Assembly: GCA_002104905.1 (NCBI GenBank)
Contig: MCFE01000380.1
Location: forward strand, 20,219 to 84,218
Direction: 5' to 3'
From: Basidiobolus meristosporus CBS 931.73
Lineage: Eukaryota > Fungi > Basidiobolomycota
DNA length: 64,000 nt
In this document: piece after piece, positions 53,088 through 62,255 of the stretch
Layout: each line of letters begins with the position of its first letter
Numbering within the stretch: the first letter of the stretch is position 1
The notes under the pieces: generated by a model
The model's input: the letters and a program-made list of their open reading frames with translations, nothing else
Database searches by the model: none
Told to the model about the DNA's origin: nothing
Made by a program: the position numbers and the translations under genes

Positions 53088-53450
53088 CTCGACGATTCTT
53101 AGGGATTCCTATACATACACACATGTGTACATAGCTATCTATACCTTTCTTACTTGAATAGTCGCGGTATGCTTTTCCTATGTAAATAATAAACAAAGAT
53201 GTGTAGCTAGACTACCAATCAGTATATTCGAGCAACTTGATTTTGGAAGCAATTTGGAATGAAGCCGGGGTATTCCTACTTATCTTTCATCTCCACATCT
53301 AAGCCGTCCTATTTTGGTTAGATCGCTTGTGGATTTATTGTCCTCCATGAACAGACGTCCCCTGTGATGACCCCAGTCAGCACATACTCTTGACTTTGTG
53401 TATCCACATTTATCCACTTGAGAATCTGCTTCACTTCGATATCTATCTCA

Positions 53451-55112
53451 ATGAAACTACCTAAAGTTAAAGCACCGGTGCCTATCGACGAGAAGGAGCG
53501 AATAAACGAGCTTTTGGAATACAAAGTTCTTGGCAGTGCCCCGGAAGAAATATTTGATAACATCACTTTCTTGGCTGCTCAAATCTGTGAAACGCCGGTC
53601 GCTTTAATAAGTTTTCTCGCGACCGAGAGATGTTTCTTCAAGTCTCGGTATAACACAGACGGCGAGCCGGCTGAAAGGGACGTGGCTTTTTGTTCCTACG
53701 TTGTTGCCTATAACAAGACGATGATTGTTCAGGATGCTGCCAAAGATCTGCGGTTCGAGGAAAATCCCGGGGTGATATCAGGCGATATTCGGTTTTATGC
53801 TGGCGCTCCGCTTACGACAAAAACCGGAAGAGTGTTGGGCTCTTTATGTGTGATAGATAAGAAGCCAAACAATTTAAGTTTACGCCAAAAGGCAACCCTG
53901 GAGAATCTTGCTCGACATGTAATCCTGTGTCTTGAATTAAGACGAAGTTCAATGCTCTTGGACGAGGCTAACGATCTAAAGAATCTATTCTACGCAAATG
54001 CAGAGGCCGAACGACAAACCTCTTTGATGAAATCGCAATTCCTGGCAAATATGAGTCATGAAATTCGAACGCCTATTCATGGAGTGGTGGGGTGCCTTGA
54101 ACTTATGCGAGCAACACCGTTGAGCAAAGAACAGGAGCAGTTACTAGGAATAATGGAGGAAAGCGTCAACGGCATCGCTCGACTGACGAACGACGTCCTA
54201 GATCTTGCGAAAATTGAAACAGAGCAGTTAACTCTTGAGCCGATAGAGTTCGACCCTAACAAGGTTTTCCGAACGATCCAAAAGAAATACCAAATGGTTG
54301 CGACGCAAAGGAACCTGGATTTTACCGTGACGGTGCCATCCAGCATGCCCAATAGGGTTGTTGGTGATGTAGTTCGATTCGATGAAGTAATTGGCAACCT
54401 AGTCAACAATGCTTTCAAATTTACCGAGCACGGATCAGTCTCTGTAGTCGTTGCTGACCAGTCGAGCAAGAACAATGAGCTGGTCTTATTTATACAAATC
54501 ACCGACACTGGTGTTGGTATACCTTCCGAAAAACTGAGCAAATTGTTTAAGCCATTCAGTCAAATCGATGATTCCCACAAGCGAAAGCATGGAGGCTCAG
54601 GGTTAAGTCTGTCCATCACCAAGTTTCTTGTGGAGAAGATGAACGGGACCATTGGTGTTAAAAGTGATTACGGCAAAGGTTCCCAGTTCTGGGTGATCGT
54701 TCCCTTCGCTGTACGCGAACGCCACGCCACGCAGCTGAACAGAGGTCAAATGACTGCTTTGATTGTTGAGGATAACGAAATCAATCGGAAAGTGCTTTGT
54801 AAACAAATTTCCAAGGATTTTGACTACATTCAGTGTGTTGATAATGGGTTGCTTGCCGTTGAAGCCTGCAAACAGTCGGAATTCACAGTCATATTTATGG
54901 ACTGTCAGATGCCCATCATGGATGGCTATGAAGCCACCACCCAGATACGACGGTTCAATCAATGGACGCCAATTATTGCAATATCAGCGAACAACATCAA
55001 AACCGATGTTGATCGTTGCTTCCAGGTAGGAATGACTGCATATCTATCAAAGCCCGTTAAGCGAACAGATATCCTGAAGTGTGTCAAGTCCTGTTTAAAC
55101 CGAGAGTGCTAG
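53451..55112 (+). CDS. hybrid sensor histidine kinase GAF-HisKA-HATPase-REC (553 aa), intronless
   Basis: GAF (EKERINEL...FDNITFLAAQICETPVALIS...FYAGAPL), H-box ANMSHEIRTPIHG, N-box NLVNNAFKFT, DTGVGI, and receiver IFMDCQMPIMDG. Confidence 0.93.
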   Translation: MKLPKVKAPVPIDEKERINELLEYKVLGSAPEEIFDNITFLAAQICETPVALISFLATERCFFKSRYNTDGEPAERDVAFCSYVVAYNKTMIVQDAAKDLRFEENPGVISGDIRFYAGAPLTTKTGRVLGSLCVIDKKPNNLSLRQKATLENLARHVILCLELRRSSMLLDEANDLKNLFYANAEAERQTSLMKSQFLANMSHEIRTPIHGVVGCLELMRATPLSKEQEQLLGIMEESVNGIARLTNDVLDLAKIETEQLTLEPIEFDPNKVFRTIQKKYQMVATQRNLDFTVTVPSSMPNRVVGDVVRFDEVIGNLVNNAFKFTEHGSVSVVVADQSSKNNELVLFIQITDTGVGIPSEKLSKLFKPFSQIDDSHKRKHGGSGLSLSITKFLVEKMNGTIGVKSDYGKGSQFWVIVPFAVRERHATQLNRGQMTALIVEDNEINRKVLCKQISKDFDYIQCVDNGLLAVEACKQSEFTVIFMDCQMPIMDGYEATTQIRRFNQWTPIIAISANNIKTDVDRCFQVGMTAYLSKPVKRTDILKCVKSCLNREC

Positions 55113-55170
55113 TTTGTTAATCCAACTTTTTATGTATAATAGCTCCATTATGTATTATAGTCCACAGCGA

Positions 55171-55245
55171 CCCTGACCCTATCCCCCTAACCCCATCCCC
55201 CTAACCCCGTTCCTACATCAGGCGCATCTCGCCACCCTATCCCTA
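55171..55245. repeat. degenerate interstitial telomere-like tract, C-strand on +
   Basis: CCCTGA CCCTAT, ATCCCCCTAACCCC x2 (55181-55208), CCCTAT CCCTAG. Confidence 0.55.
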
Positions 55246-55425
55246 GATAAACTAAAGAATCAAGTACCTGGGATTTGTGTAGTCCCATTGGCTTGCAATG
55301 CGACCATTTATTGATTAATTATTATAATGCAATCATGTATTGAGCGGATTCAAATTTATCAATCGTTTTTGGTAGCTAGTTTGGCAATATTGAGTTTGAG
55401 CGGCGTCTTTTGGGTTGATCTGTTG

Positions 55426-55549
55426 AATGCTTTCCAATCTCGATCAGATAGACTCTGAGTGATAGTATAGGTGGAATCGCGTTCATGCTAAATGCTTTCC
55501 AATCTAGATCACACACTGAGTGGGTATAGGCTGAATCGCGTTCTTGCTA
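55426..55549. repeat. imperfect tandem duplication (65/59 bp) upstream of the thaumatin gene
   Basis: AATGCTTTCCAATCT.GATCA...CTGAGTG...GTATAGG..GAATCGCGTTC.TGCTA starts at 55426 and again at 55491. Confidence 0.75.
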
Positions 55550-55661
55550 AATTACGCGTTAGTGAAGCAAATTTGGGAATAGATAACCGTAAAGGTTTGT
55601 TGGTAAAAAACATCCAGCATTTATAAATATGTAGCCTGTTTGCCTCCCTCAGTTGTCAGGG

Positions 55662-56441
55662 ATGTTGTCTTCAGTTAGGATCATCGTTACAGCTCTTGCT
55701 CTCTTCACGGTTGCGCATTCTGCACCAGTGGATAGCGGATCGGGGGATTTAACGCATAACCTGGTCTTCAAAAACAAATGCTCCCAAAATATTTGGTTGG
55801 CATCCTCGACCACTTGGGATAATACCCCACTTCCCGCCAACGGAGGCCTACTTATCCCTGGGGAAACCTTTACCATTACAGTGGTAGATCATTGGCAAGG
55901 CCGATTCTGGGGTCGAACGGAGTGCAATTTCCAGTATTTGAACTCAACTACCAATGCTGCCTGTGCTACAGGTGATTGTGGATCAGGCGAAGAGTACTGT
56001 GGGTATATTTCCGGCAGGCCCCCTGCCACATTGGCCGAGTTTGACTTCAACGGCTGGGATGACCTTGATTATTATGATATATCACTAGTGGATGGGTATA
56101 ACCTGCCTATTTCCATTCAGCCTCAAACGAAACTCCCTGCTCAGGGTGACCCTTACAGTTGTGGCAGCCCTACTGTGGAGAAAAACATCAATAGTATTTG
56201 TCCGAGCCCCCTTCAAATTCTGGACCACAACGGAGAGGTGGTTGGCTGTAAATCGGCTTGCAATGCTTTTGGATCCCCCCAGTACTGTTGCGCCGGTGCC
56301 TACAATTCTTCTCAAACTTGTCAACCGTCGAGCTATTCCAAGCTGTTTAAATCTGCCTGTCCCTCCTGCTACAGTTTTGCTTTCGACGATGCAACTTCCA
56401 CATTCACTTGTAAAGGAGACTACACCATTCAATTTTGTTAA
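55662..56441 (+). CDS. secreted thaumatin-like protein (PR-5/GH152, large type)
   Basis: Signal peptide, NKCSQNIW, WQGRFWGRTEC, CATGDCG, PATLAEF, YYDISLVDGYNLP, CKSAC, FKSACPSCYSFAFDD. Confidence 0.95.
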   Translation: MLSSVRIIVTALALFTVAHSAPVDSGSGDLTHNLVFKNKCSQNIWLASSTTWDNTPLPANGGLLIPGETFTITVVDHWQGRFWGRTECNFQYLNSTTNAACATGDCGSGEEYCGYISGRPPATLAEFDFNGWDDLDYYDISLVDGYNLPISIQPQTKLPAQGDPYSCGSPTVEKNINSICPSPLQILDHNGEVVGCKSACNAFGSPQYCCAGAYNSSQTCQPSSYSKLFKSACPSCYSFAFDDATSTFTCKGDYTIQFC

Positions 56442-56485
56442 TATTTCATTAATTGTACTAAACTTAATAAACATACATAGTAATA

Positions 56486-56953
56486 ATGCTTATTCAACCT
56501 CAAACCGCTCTATATTGTGCTTGTTGCATTGGTAACAAGGTAATTGACAACAACGATGGATCCTATTCCTATTATGATACGAAACTTCAATGTACGCTGA
56601 AAATCAGAGGGTACTACTGCCAAGAAAACCCTGCGAAGAGTGTCAGTATCGAGCTGTTCACTTATCCTTGCTCCGATACCTCCAATTTGAAGGTGATTGT
56701 ACTTAAAACACCTCGACCAGTTGTCGAAGCCCCTTACAGCAGTGCTATTTCTCTACCAAGCAGCCTAGCTTCATCGCCAACTATTGCATCTCCGATGTCA
56801 AGCACACTGGATGCATCATCAACTACATCGTCTATCAGTGTACCGTCTACTTCAAATTTTACCAACAACTCGGCAGTAGTCATGCCAAGCCTCGGGGCTG
56901 TTCTCTTTGCTCTATTCTTCGGATTAATTTACAAGCGTTTCCATTTCCATTGA
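56486..56953 (+). CDS. Cys-containing, Ser/Thr-stalk, C-terminally anchored ORF; possibly a spliced extension of the thaumatin gene
   Basis: 155-aa ORF starting 44 bp after the TLP stop, with no signal peptide and a hydrophobic C-terminus AVVMPSLGAVLFALFFGLIY. Confidence 0.55.
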   Translation: MLIQPQTALYCACCIGNKVIDNNDGSYSYYDTKLQCTLKIRGYYCQENPAKSVSIELFTYPCSDTSNLKVIVLKTPRPVVEAPYSSAISLPSSLASSPTIASPMSSTLDASSTTSSISVPSTSNFTNNSAVVMPSLGAVLFALFFGLIYKRFHFH

Positions 56954-57687
56954 TTGCTCCATACATAATAAAGCCTAATTTCCATACACCAAACGCGTTA
57001 TGTAAATGTTAAGTAGTTGCGTGTAACACATTCGGAGATGCAAGATACTTGGAGGATATGCCAAATATGGCAATGCATGAAAGACAATCATACACCAAAT
57101 CATCTGGTGAAATCCTTGTCTAATGTAGCATCCGCATTCACTCCAGCAACCAATCGAGATAACTTGGATGTCTATTTATTATTTACGGCCAAGTGAAAGA
57201 GATTGAAGACAAGCAGTGGACCAGATTCTGCTATAAGAGTCGTAAAATGAGAGGCCTAAAGTATTCAGCAAATTAGATGTTGTCCTGGGTGCTGGGTTGT
57301 ATTAGATCAATAACATGACAACAACGGTGCAAAGCTGATTTTTCTCCATCGTCGCCTGTATTTGGTTTACCTTTATCACCTTGATGTGTAGTATGTTGCG
57401 AGGCATTCAGTTCTAGTCGACATGAAGTATCATAGTTGGTGTTGTGGCATTAATGTCATGCCTAATATATTGTTTTGTCGTTTTAGATTACTACCAATTT
57501 TAAACCGTTTTGTTACAAAATGCTGGTTAGGACTTGTCTCTTTTCCGGTGCAACAAGATCCCACATAGGCCGACTATGTTCCATCACTATTTGTATGTGT
57601 CGCTGATTTGCATACACTACTGATTTAGATATGCCTGTTTTGAGCATACTCCTGTCGACTTTCCGAATGATATGACCTTCTACCTCT

Positions 57688-57760
57688 GGGGCGTTGGCCT
57701 AATGGATAAGGCATCAGACTTCGGATCTGGGGATTGTGGGTTCGAGTCCCATGCGCCTCG
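57688..57760 (+). tRNA. trnR-UCG: tRNA-Arg (anticodon TCG)
   Basis: Cloverleaf: acceptor GGGGCGT/GCGCCTC, D arm GCCT-AATGGATA-AGGC, anticodon arm TCAGA-CT TCG GA-TCTGG, T arm GTGGG-TTCGAGT-CCCAT. T-rich run downstream. Confidence 0.95.
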
Positions 57761-58205
57761 CACTTATTTTGTAATCAGAATATTAACATTTTTTCCTCTC
57801 TATTCTTGGTGTATTGAGGCTGTTGATATATTTCTAACTATAGACAGGTCTACAGTAACATTATGTAATGTTCAGTGTGTATATATCAATTTTGTGGATG
57901 CCATTTTTGTAAATGATGTGAAAGCATTAATTCATTAGAAAAGAAAATCTAGTACCACTATAAGAAGACTATGTGTTACTCAACAGTAAGGTCAAAACTA
58001 CCCTTGCTCACATATATATGATTAACAACCCCTAGGAAGGGGCAAGCACAAGCACCAGCTCTGCTCTTGCTTTGCTTAAAAATGGGTATGGGATGTATCT
58101 CTCACAGTTTTTGTAAACAAAACTATCCTAACTCCTGATATAATAACTAGGTGTTCTTCAGCTTCCCTCTTTTCTGTTTCATTTGTGTATAATCATTCAC
58201 TGAAA

Positions 58206-58738
58206 CTTTGTAAAAATTTGTAATTCCACCTAAATATTTACCTAACTTGGTCACTTAGATCATTACCTACAAATCTTAGAGAATACTAACCAAATTCCTT
58301 GTTGTGACTTAGAATATTTTCACCAAAATATCAGATACCCAGAATATGTGAATTCTTAAAGTGGCCCAAACAGAACCAAGCTTTGCACACATGTCTTTGG
58401 GACCTTCCTAAGCCTATTCTACATGCTATTATACCAAGACTGTGTAAAAATATCCATACTACTTTTACATCCAATAAATCATTTGGTGAAAACCACAAAA
58501 TTTACTTGGTCTCCCAATCACTTCCAATATCTCCAAGACTCTTACAACAGGTTATGAGCCCCAAGCTGTCACTCTCTGCAATGTCTACTACTGCTATTAC
58601 TGGAATTTTTCCCACTGCTAAAAGTTGGATGGATCTAGCTACCAAGTGTGGAAGGTGAAGATGAAGATCCTGCCACAAGAAAGAGGCCTTTGGGATATTG
58701 TCATGGGAGAAGAATGCCCTCCTAAAAATGTGGCAGAG
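58206..58738 (+). mobile_element. Ty1/copia element copy 1: 5' LTR (about 58206-58549), PBS and start of gag, truncated
   Basis: LTR ends TTACAACA, followed by PBS GGTTATGAGCCC and MSTTAITG...KLDGSSYQVWKVKMK with frameshifts. Aligns to 59761-60300 and breaks off into GGGTTAGGG. Confidence 0.88.
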
Positions 58739-59684
58739 GGTTAGGGGGGGGGGGAGACAGTCACCAACAGGTTAAATATTTGTTTCAGTGGAAACAAAGA
58801 AGCCAGTGCTACTGTGGTAGCTTTGATACAAGAGTGTGTAGCTGAGGGGAATTAGTAGGTAAGTTAATAAGAAGTGATGAAAGTTCTTCAGTGCTCAAGA
58901 CACTGTTCAGGGGTAAGGGGGTAGCAAGAGGGGTAAGAATGATTTGTGAACAACATAAATGAGGGGAACATGATAAGGATTGATATTCATCATAAAGGGA
59001 GTGTGCTGCTTCAGATATTGCTGCCAAAGATCTGTCAAGTACTTCAGGTAGGCCAGCTTGGGTTTTTCTGACTGCTGAATATAATGAGCAAACTTCTTAA
59101 ATTCAGGATCTCCAAGTATTGTGCTCCAGCAGGAGCCAGGTGTAGTGTGGTGTGTTCTCTTCCAGGCCTTGATCATGTTGCAATACTCTGAGGAAGTGAT
59201 ATGGAGAACTAGAGAATTTACATGTTATTCACTTGTAGATATACTGGTCAAAAGTATGGTATTTATACTTTTGATTAAGTAGAGCAAGCAAATGTGTAGA
59301 GTTTGTTGAGGAAGGTCCCAAGAATATGTGTGCAAAGTTTGGGGGCTTTTGGACAACTCTGAGAAAGATCAAAATCTGGGTACCTGATAATTTGTTGTAA
59401 ATATTTCAAGTATATCCTAACAAGAAATTTGGTCAGGACAGAATGTTGATCAAAGAATAAGATCTATGTGACTAAGTCAGCATGAATATTTTGGTGACAA
59501 CTTAATGATTACAACAGATCAGTGGGTAGTTGCAGTGGTGAAGTTGGAGATATAAACTGGTTCTAAGGTAGAGAAGCCTTATCTTATAGGGCATAAACTC
59601 AAAAGCACCAAGAATAGCATGTCTGTAGGGGCATTCAGGCAGATGAGGCACCAAGGTGGTAATACACCAGACTGCAAGCTTGTC
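58738..59684 (-). mobile_element. telomere-joined retroelement copy A: 5'-truncated, ORF C-terminus plus 3' end, interrupted by a solo LTR
   Basis: Minus strand ends ...TTGGTGACTGTCTCCCCCCCCCCCTAACCC. The reading frame resumes across the solo LTR, and the protein is homologous to copy C. Confidence 0.75.
59176..59516 (-). mobile_element. copia solo LTR (341 bp) with perfect 5-bp TSD GATCA
   Basis: Minus strand TGTTGTAA...TTGCAACA. GATCA at 59171-59175 and 59517-59521. Internal similarity to the other LTRs (CCCAAACTTTGCACACAT.TTCTTGGGACCTTCC). Confidence 0.92.
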
Positions 59685-59760
59685 TTAGGGGAGGGAAAGT
59701 CACCAAGGTAGGTAAAATCTTTATTTGATTTCAGACAAGTCTAACTACAAATAAAGAAGC
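59685..59760 (-). mobile_element. telomere-joined retroelement copy B: 76-bp 3' tip
   Basis: TTAGGGGAGGGAAAGTCACCAAGGTAGGTAAAATCTTTATTTGATTTCAGACAAGTCTAACTACAAATAAAGAAGC is almost identical to 62258-62334. Confidence 0.85.
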
Positions 59761-61643
59761 TGTTGTAAAAATTTGTATTTCCACCTCAATATTCACCTAA
59801 CTTAGTCACTTAGATCATTACCTTCAAATCCTAGAGAATACTGACCAAATTCCTTGTCGGGATTTACTTAGAATATTTTCATCAAAATACCAGGTACCCA
59901 GAACATGAAAATTCTCAAAGTTGTCCAAACAGCCCCAAACTTTGCACACATGTTCTTGGGACCTTCCTTAGCCTATTTTACATGTTTGTAATACCAAGAC
60001 AAGGTAAAAGTATAAACACTACTTTTACATTCAATAAATCATTAAGTAAAAACCACATTATCTACTTGTTCTCCAAATCACTTCCAATATCTCCAAGACT
60101 CTTACAACAGGTTATGAGCCCCAAGCTGTCACTCTCTGCAATGTCTACTACTGCTATTACTGGAACTTCTCCCTCTGCTGAAAAGTTGGATGGATCTAAC
60201 TACCAAGTGTGGAAGGTGAAGATGAAGATACTGCTACAAGAAAGAGGCCTTTGGGATATTGTCATAGGAGAAGAATGCCCTCCTAAAAATATGGGAGAGG
60301 AAGCCTTAAAGTACCAGAAGAAAGAACAAAGTGCCTTCAACTGCATTTGCCTTAATGTCAAGGACAAATTGCTAATTCAATGCTCAAGAGCAAAAACAGC
60401 AAAGAATGCCTGGAAAGCATTAGAAGACACCTACCAGTCATGCTCAGCTGCCAAGAAACTGTATCTGAGACAAAAATTCTTTACTTCAAAGATGCTGTCA
60501 GGAGAAGAAATGAAAAATCTAATTAACAGAATACCCTGCTGGTAGATGAGATGGAATCTGTGGGCATACCAACTACTGATGAGGATGTGATAGCTACCAT
60601 CCTGAATAGCCTGACAGACGAGTTTCAGGGCCTTGTATCAGCCCTAGAGTCCAGAACTGAAGATTTGACCTTAAATTACATATATGGAAGGCTCCTGGAT
60701 GAAGAATTAAGAAAATCATGCACCAATAAGAGGGAAGAAGAAAATGCTTTAATAAGCAATGATAGCCAACAAAGGAGGTACTCAAGACCCTACAAAGGCA
60801 ACAGCAACCTATGTTGCAACTACTGCAAAAGGAAAGGACACACATCAGACCGGTGTCTCAAAAAGAGAGATTATCAGCAAAAGAAGCCTGAATATGGAAA
60901 TGCTGCAACAACTGAAGATAGACTATTCATATCTGCACTAAAAATGACCACAAACAAGGATTCTCAGATGTGGTATATTGCCTCTGGAGCTTCTCAACAC
61001 TTTACACGCCAAAAAGAACTTTTTACCCAATAGCAAGAAATTCCAATTAAGAAGGTTTTCAGGGGTGACAATAGAATACTTGATGCAGTGGGAGAAGGAA
61101 ATATCCAAGTAGACCTTAGAAGCAGTGAAGGAAGCCATACACTGACCTTTAAAGAAGTACTCTATGTACCAGAAATAGCCAAGAACCTACTCTCTGTAAG
61201 CAAGGCCACAGCAGAAGGACTCAGTTTCAGTTTTGACAATTCTGGATGCAGGATCACTGATCAAAATAGTGCTCATATTGCTTTGGGCATCAGAGATCAG
61301 AATCTATACAAGCTGACTTATATTCCATCATATCTGGAAGCCAATATAAGTAACTTAAATGAAGAAACACCAATGCTTTGGCACAGGAGATCTGGGCACA
61401 TCAATTTTGATTATTTGCGCAAAATGATCAAAGATCAGCTAATTTCTGGAGTGAAAATTGATCCCCCAGTCAATTTGGAGCACTGTGAAGCCTGCATATA
61501 TGGGAAACAAGCCAGACAACTATTTAAGAGCTCTGGGTTAATCAAAACTAAGAAAAAATTAGATCTAATTCACTCAGATCTTTGTGGACCTATGTGAAAT
61601 TTATCCTTAGGTGGGATAAAGTATTTTATCACCTTTATTGATG
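59761..61643 (+). mobile_element. Ty1/copia element copy 2: LTR 59761-60109, PBS, gag-protease-integrase pseudogene, truncated in the integrase
   Basis: TGTTGTAA...TTACAACA LTR, PBS GGTTATGAGCCC, gag from 60141, knuckle CNYCKRKGHTSDRC, protease WYIASGASQHF (D to A), WHRRSGH...CEAC, IHSDLCGPM*, YFITFID. Contains frameshifts and stops. Confidence 0.93.
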
Positions 61644-61842
61644 GTTCAGTGGGCCATTTGCTTGAAGTAAGCATGGCAAAGCACTTAGGGTAGATAATCA
61701 TCCTGAATTCAGTAGAGAGGTGTAAGTTATTGCAGACTTGGCTTTTATATGAGAGTATTGTTAGAGATTAGAATGTATTGTAGCTTATAGGAAGCCAATG
61801 GTGCTGTAGGGTGCCCAATGAATCTGGTACTATAAGCAGGCA
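61644..61842 (-). mobile_element. degenerate coding fragment, possibly a diverged piece of the telomere-joined family
   Basis: One minus frame has a single stop (LGTLQHHWLPISYNTF*SLTILSYKSQV...IIYP). Motif spacing weakly resembles copy A. Confidence 0.3.
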
Positions 61843-62210
61843 GGTAGGGGATGGAAAGTCACCAAGTTGGTGAAATCTTTATTTGAGTTAAGAACTAATC
61901 CAAGTACAAATAAAGAAGCCAATTAAGAGGTCTAGAACTTCTTTAATAAGTAATCTAATTTATGTTTTGTTTCATCTCTAATGTTTGTTTCAATAAAGTA
62001 AAGCTCATCAGGGGTAAATATAAAATTCAGGGGTTTTGGGGGAAGTACAAATTTTAGATGTTTCTGATCAATATAATCCAAGACTGGAACCCAGCCTGGG
62101 ATTAGGTGTAGTAGGAAAGGTGTGCGGACTTGTAAGTAGCCCTGCCACATAGATCTTAGATGGTCCTGAGCCAGTAGTCTTGGTTTCTCAGCTTTTTTAA
62201 GTGTTGAAGC
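61843..62210 (-). mobile_element. telomere-joined retroelement copy C: ORF C-terminus plus 3' end
   Basis: Open frame ...KAEKPRLLAQDHLRSMWQGYLQVRTPF...LPPKPLNFIFTPDEL...KKF*. The 3' UTR shares the AATAAA and GGTGACTTTCC.TCCCCTA motif. Confidence 0.8.
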
Positions 62211-62255
62211 TGTTGTAAGAGTCTTGGAGATATTGGAAGTGATTTGGAGAACAAG
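62211..62255 (-). mobile_element. 45-bp 3' tip of a copia LTR, inverted and truncated
   Basis: Reverse complement CTTGTTCTCCAAATCACTTCCAATATCTCCAAGACTCTTACAACA matches 60065-60109, then fuses to GGGTTAGGG. Confidence 0.9.

Noticed and set aside
57672-57938. 88-aa ORF MTFYLWGVGLMDKASDFGSGDCGFESH
   Set aside because: It is a translation across the tRNA-Arg gene.
61985-62015. CTGATGAG...GAAAC on the minus strand, resembling a hammerhead ribozyme core as in Penelope-like elements
   Set aside because: Stems II and III cannot be formed and it lies within coding sequence (PDELYFIET). I found no convincing hammerhead in the family, so a Penelope assignment is unsupported.
59756-62210. GAAGC precedes TGTTG at both 59756-59760 and 62206-62210, suggesting a TSD around one copia element
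   Set aside because: The two LTRs are in opposite orientation, so they cannot be the ends of one element. It is chance or a weak target preference.
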